64,000 nt of DNA from positions 6,076,001 to 6,140,000 of the forward strand of contig CM082590.2 in assembly GCA_040954595.2 (NCBI GenBank), in the 5' to 3' direction. The translations under genes and the position numbers were made by a program. Source of the DNA: Balanoglossus misakiensis. Taxonomy: Eukaryota; Animalia; Hemichordata. How positions within the stretch are numbered: position 1 is the first letter of the stretch; every line of letters begins with the position of its first letter. Positions 61,717-64,000 of the stretch are shown piece by piece. The notes beneath the pieces are model-generated. The model did no database searches and was not told the DNA's origin. It worked only from the letters and a program-made list of their open reading frames with translations.

Positions 61717-64000
61717 GCTTATCAAATACCTGCGTTGTCTCCGCCTATATGTACTCCAGACCATTCTTCTTATCTGAACGAGAATCGTTATGTGCAGTGA
61801 AGCCAGTAAACTGCTTCTCTCAGCTGCATAGTGTTTTTTGATCAAATTTAGTGACTGAACATTACATGTATAAACTTGGCAGTGATCTTTATTTTATCGC
61901 GGTTTTAACAGATATATTTATTTTAAACTGAAATATAGTTCATGAAATATACTTGCACGTAAAATATATCACTGCTTCCCGATGATACATGTAAGTAGAA
62001 ACTTCCCAGCAAACATTTGAAAATATGTTGGTTGCAAAAGTTGAACTGAAAATGACCGATAGCTCTCGACTAGAATTAATTATACAGAAGAATATTTAGT
62101 ACACCAATGCAAATGGACACCAGCAATTATTTCTTCCTCTAAATACTTGTGTAGGTTGCTGGCTGTAATATATGGTGGCGCTTATGATTCTCATTTTGAA
62201 ATTGGTGACTGTACTTAAAGGGACAAGGTCGCTTTTGTTTCAACTTTCTGTGATATCAAGAATATATGGGAAATTTGCATAACGTCTCTCAGTCGTTTTA
62301 GTTGTTGCGAGAATGCACTTAGATCGACCCTGTTATGACAAGACATTTGGACGCATCACACCCTATGTGCCACGTTGAGCCTAGTTAGTTGGTGATGACG
62401 TCATTCTCTAAAGGGTGGTAACCTTTATATTATCAGACATATTGTCAAAAATTATGACGAATCGTTACATCAGAAACGAGGAAAACTTTGATGTTATTTG
62501 AAAGGTCAGCAGCGTATTTCTTGATGTTAGCGGTAGTACAATTAGTTACAGTCCCTGTCTACGTTGTTGTCTGAAAGTTCGTCGTCTTCAAATTTGTCAT
62601 TATAAAAAAGAATCTCAGTACGCGCTTATGTTTGCATCTGAAATTACTGCAATGCACATTACTCTGGGAAATCTTGTCTTAGTTGTCATATAATCTCGTA
62701 TTATTATCAATCACACAGGAGATCATACGTTGTCTTCTTGTAGTCTCACACCTTTAACAATCATTGTAATAAAGAAAGGCCCGATGTTTCTGTTCATAGA
62801 GACGAGCATAACATCAGAGCGGTGAAGCTCAATTGACATTTATTTCTTTTTAATTTGTTTGTGGTGGTGACAGTGGTGTGTTTTCTTGCATCGAGTACAT
62901 CGTTGATTTGGTTTTGTCTTTGACCCCTGAACATTTCCGCGTCCAGAAATGTTTTGTAAAGAGTGTTCGAAGGAAAATTATTTGTGGGTGTATTTCGGTT
63001 TTTTTGTTTATTGTTCTGTTATTTCGGTTAGTGTTCACACATGAATCACGAAAATGTCATTTCTAAATGTTTTACAAAGTGGATAACACTTTGATGGTAT
63101 GAGATGATTTTAATTTCTAGTTCATAAACTTCAGTGTCGGCTATATCATGTGAGTTTAGCTGGTGTTTTTAGTAAAAGTTATTTGTTTGCGCGAGTTTCA
63201 GTGGTCAGCGTCCAATAGCCTGAGTACGCAAGGTCACACACGATCATCACTGATCGGGGTCATTTTGCGCGCATTATCAACTTCCTCCTTCAAGCTGAAT
63301 TGTGCATCGCCAGAAATATTAACTGACTTTGCGTAACAGTTTAATTGTTCCCATAATCAGCGACGTTGGCGTAGTGCATTGTAAAGGAGCGATCTTTCCT
63401 TTCCTAAAAGAAAAATGAGGCAAACAGCCTGGGGACATGCATTAAATGAGAAATTCCAGGGATGCGGTTTGTCATCATTCCTTCATGAAGGTATCTCAAC
63501 AAAGGAATCATTCTGTATAAAAGTTAGTACAGCTGGGCGCTTTGTCGAAGATGCTATTTTGGTGGGCATGAGTCATGCTAAGTGGTTGTCCTGGACTGCA
63601 GTCCTCTGAGTTTTAATCTTTAACGATGAAGATCCTCACGGTATTTTCCGTCTCTATGTTCCCGCTGTTGACATAAATAATAAATTGATCAAATTGACAT
63701 CACTACCCACACCTAGGTTAAGCCATGCTTCGCCCATACCAAGGGAGAACAACAACATCATAACATCATATCCCAACATGGTTGACAAGTTTCAGCTTCT
63801 TTGTATTGAACAATATAACATGTGCGCGAAACGTTTCTGTGGCATTGAAAGTAAGCGCAGCCAATATTTGATCATCCTTCCAAGTCTAAGCATATACGTA
63901 TTGTAAAACGCCCTAACTCACCCCTAACAGCGGTAGTGGTCGCATTGCCATACAATCTCAAAATAAAACGACACAATTTGTTATGCACTATTTCAATTTG

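Noticed and set aside
51440-62450. Inverted ~110-bp matches (51444-51555 and 62333-62448) as ends of a giant transposon carrying the satellite
   Set aside because: The right copy is internal to a TTAA-type MITE fragment starting ~62218 and no TSD is seen; two independent MITE fragments are more likely.

Overview
AT-rich, intron- and repeat-rich eukaryotic (animal) genomic DNA. The repeat families and gene style suggest a marine invertebrate, possibly a deuterostome; this is inference only. (1) 131-33042 (+): a multi-exon ROCO gene of about 1330 aa. It has a short first coding exon, seven 99-bp phase-0 exons each encoding exactly one ankyrin repeat, a probable 66-bp linker exon, and one 3.2-kb terminal exon encoding LRR-ROC-COR plus a Cys/His-containing C-terminal region, with no kinase domain. 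Three ankyrin exons (9387, 12348, 16744) are recent duplicates with near-identical flanking introns, yet they differ mainly at the ligand-contact positions of the repeat, which suggests an exon-cassette-diversified immune-type receptor. (2) 38829-42701+ (+): a TATA-driven gene for a secreted protein with a signal peptide and two tandem ~135-aa exon-encoded, disulfide-bonded beta-sandwich-like domains; its 3' end is unresolved. (3) 53062-61716: 74 copies of a 117-bp satellite. Each unit is a 93-bp foreign insert plus 24 bp of host target sequence, so the array appears to have arisen from a short insertion with a target-site duplication. The remainder is LINE fragments (L2-like, RTEX-like), MITEs (Harbinger-, Kolobok- and AcademH-like), Helentron-like elements and local duplications. 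All exon calls were made by eye, without transcript data.
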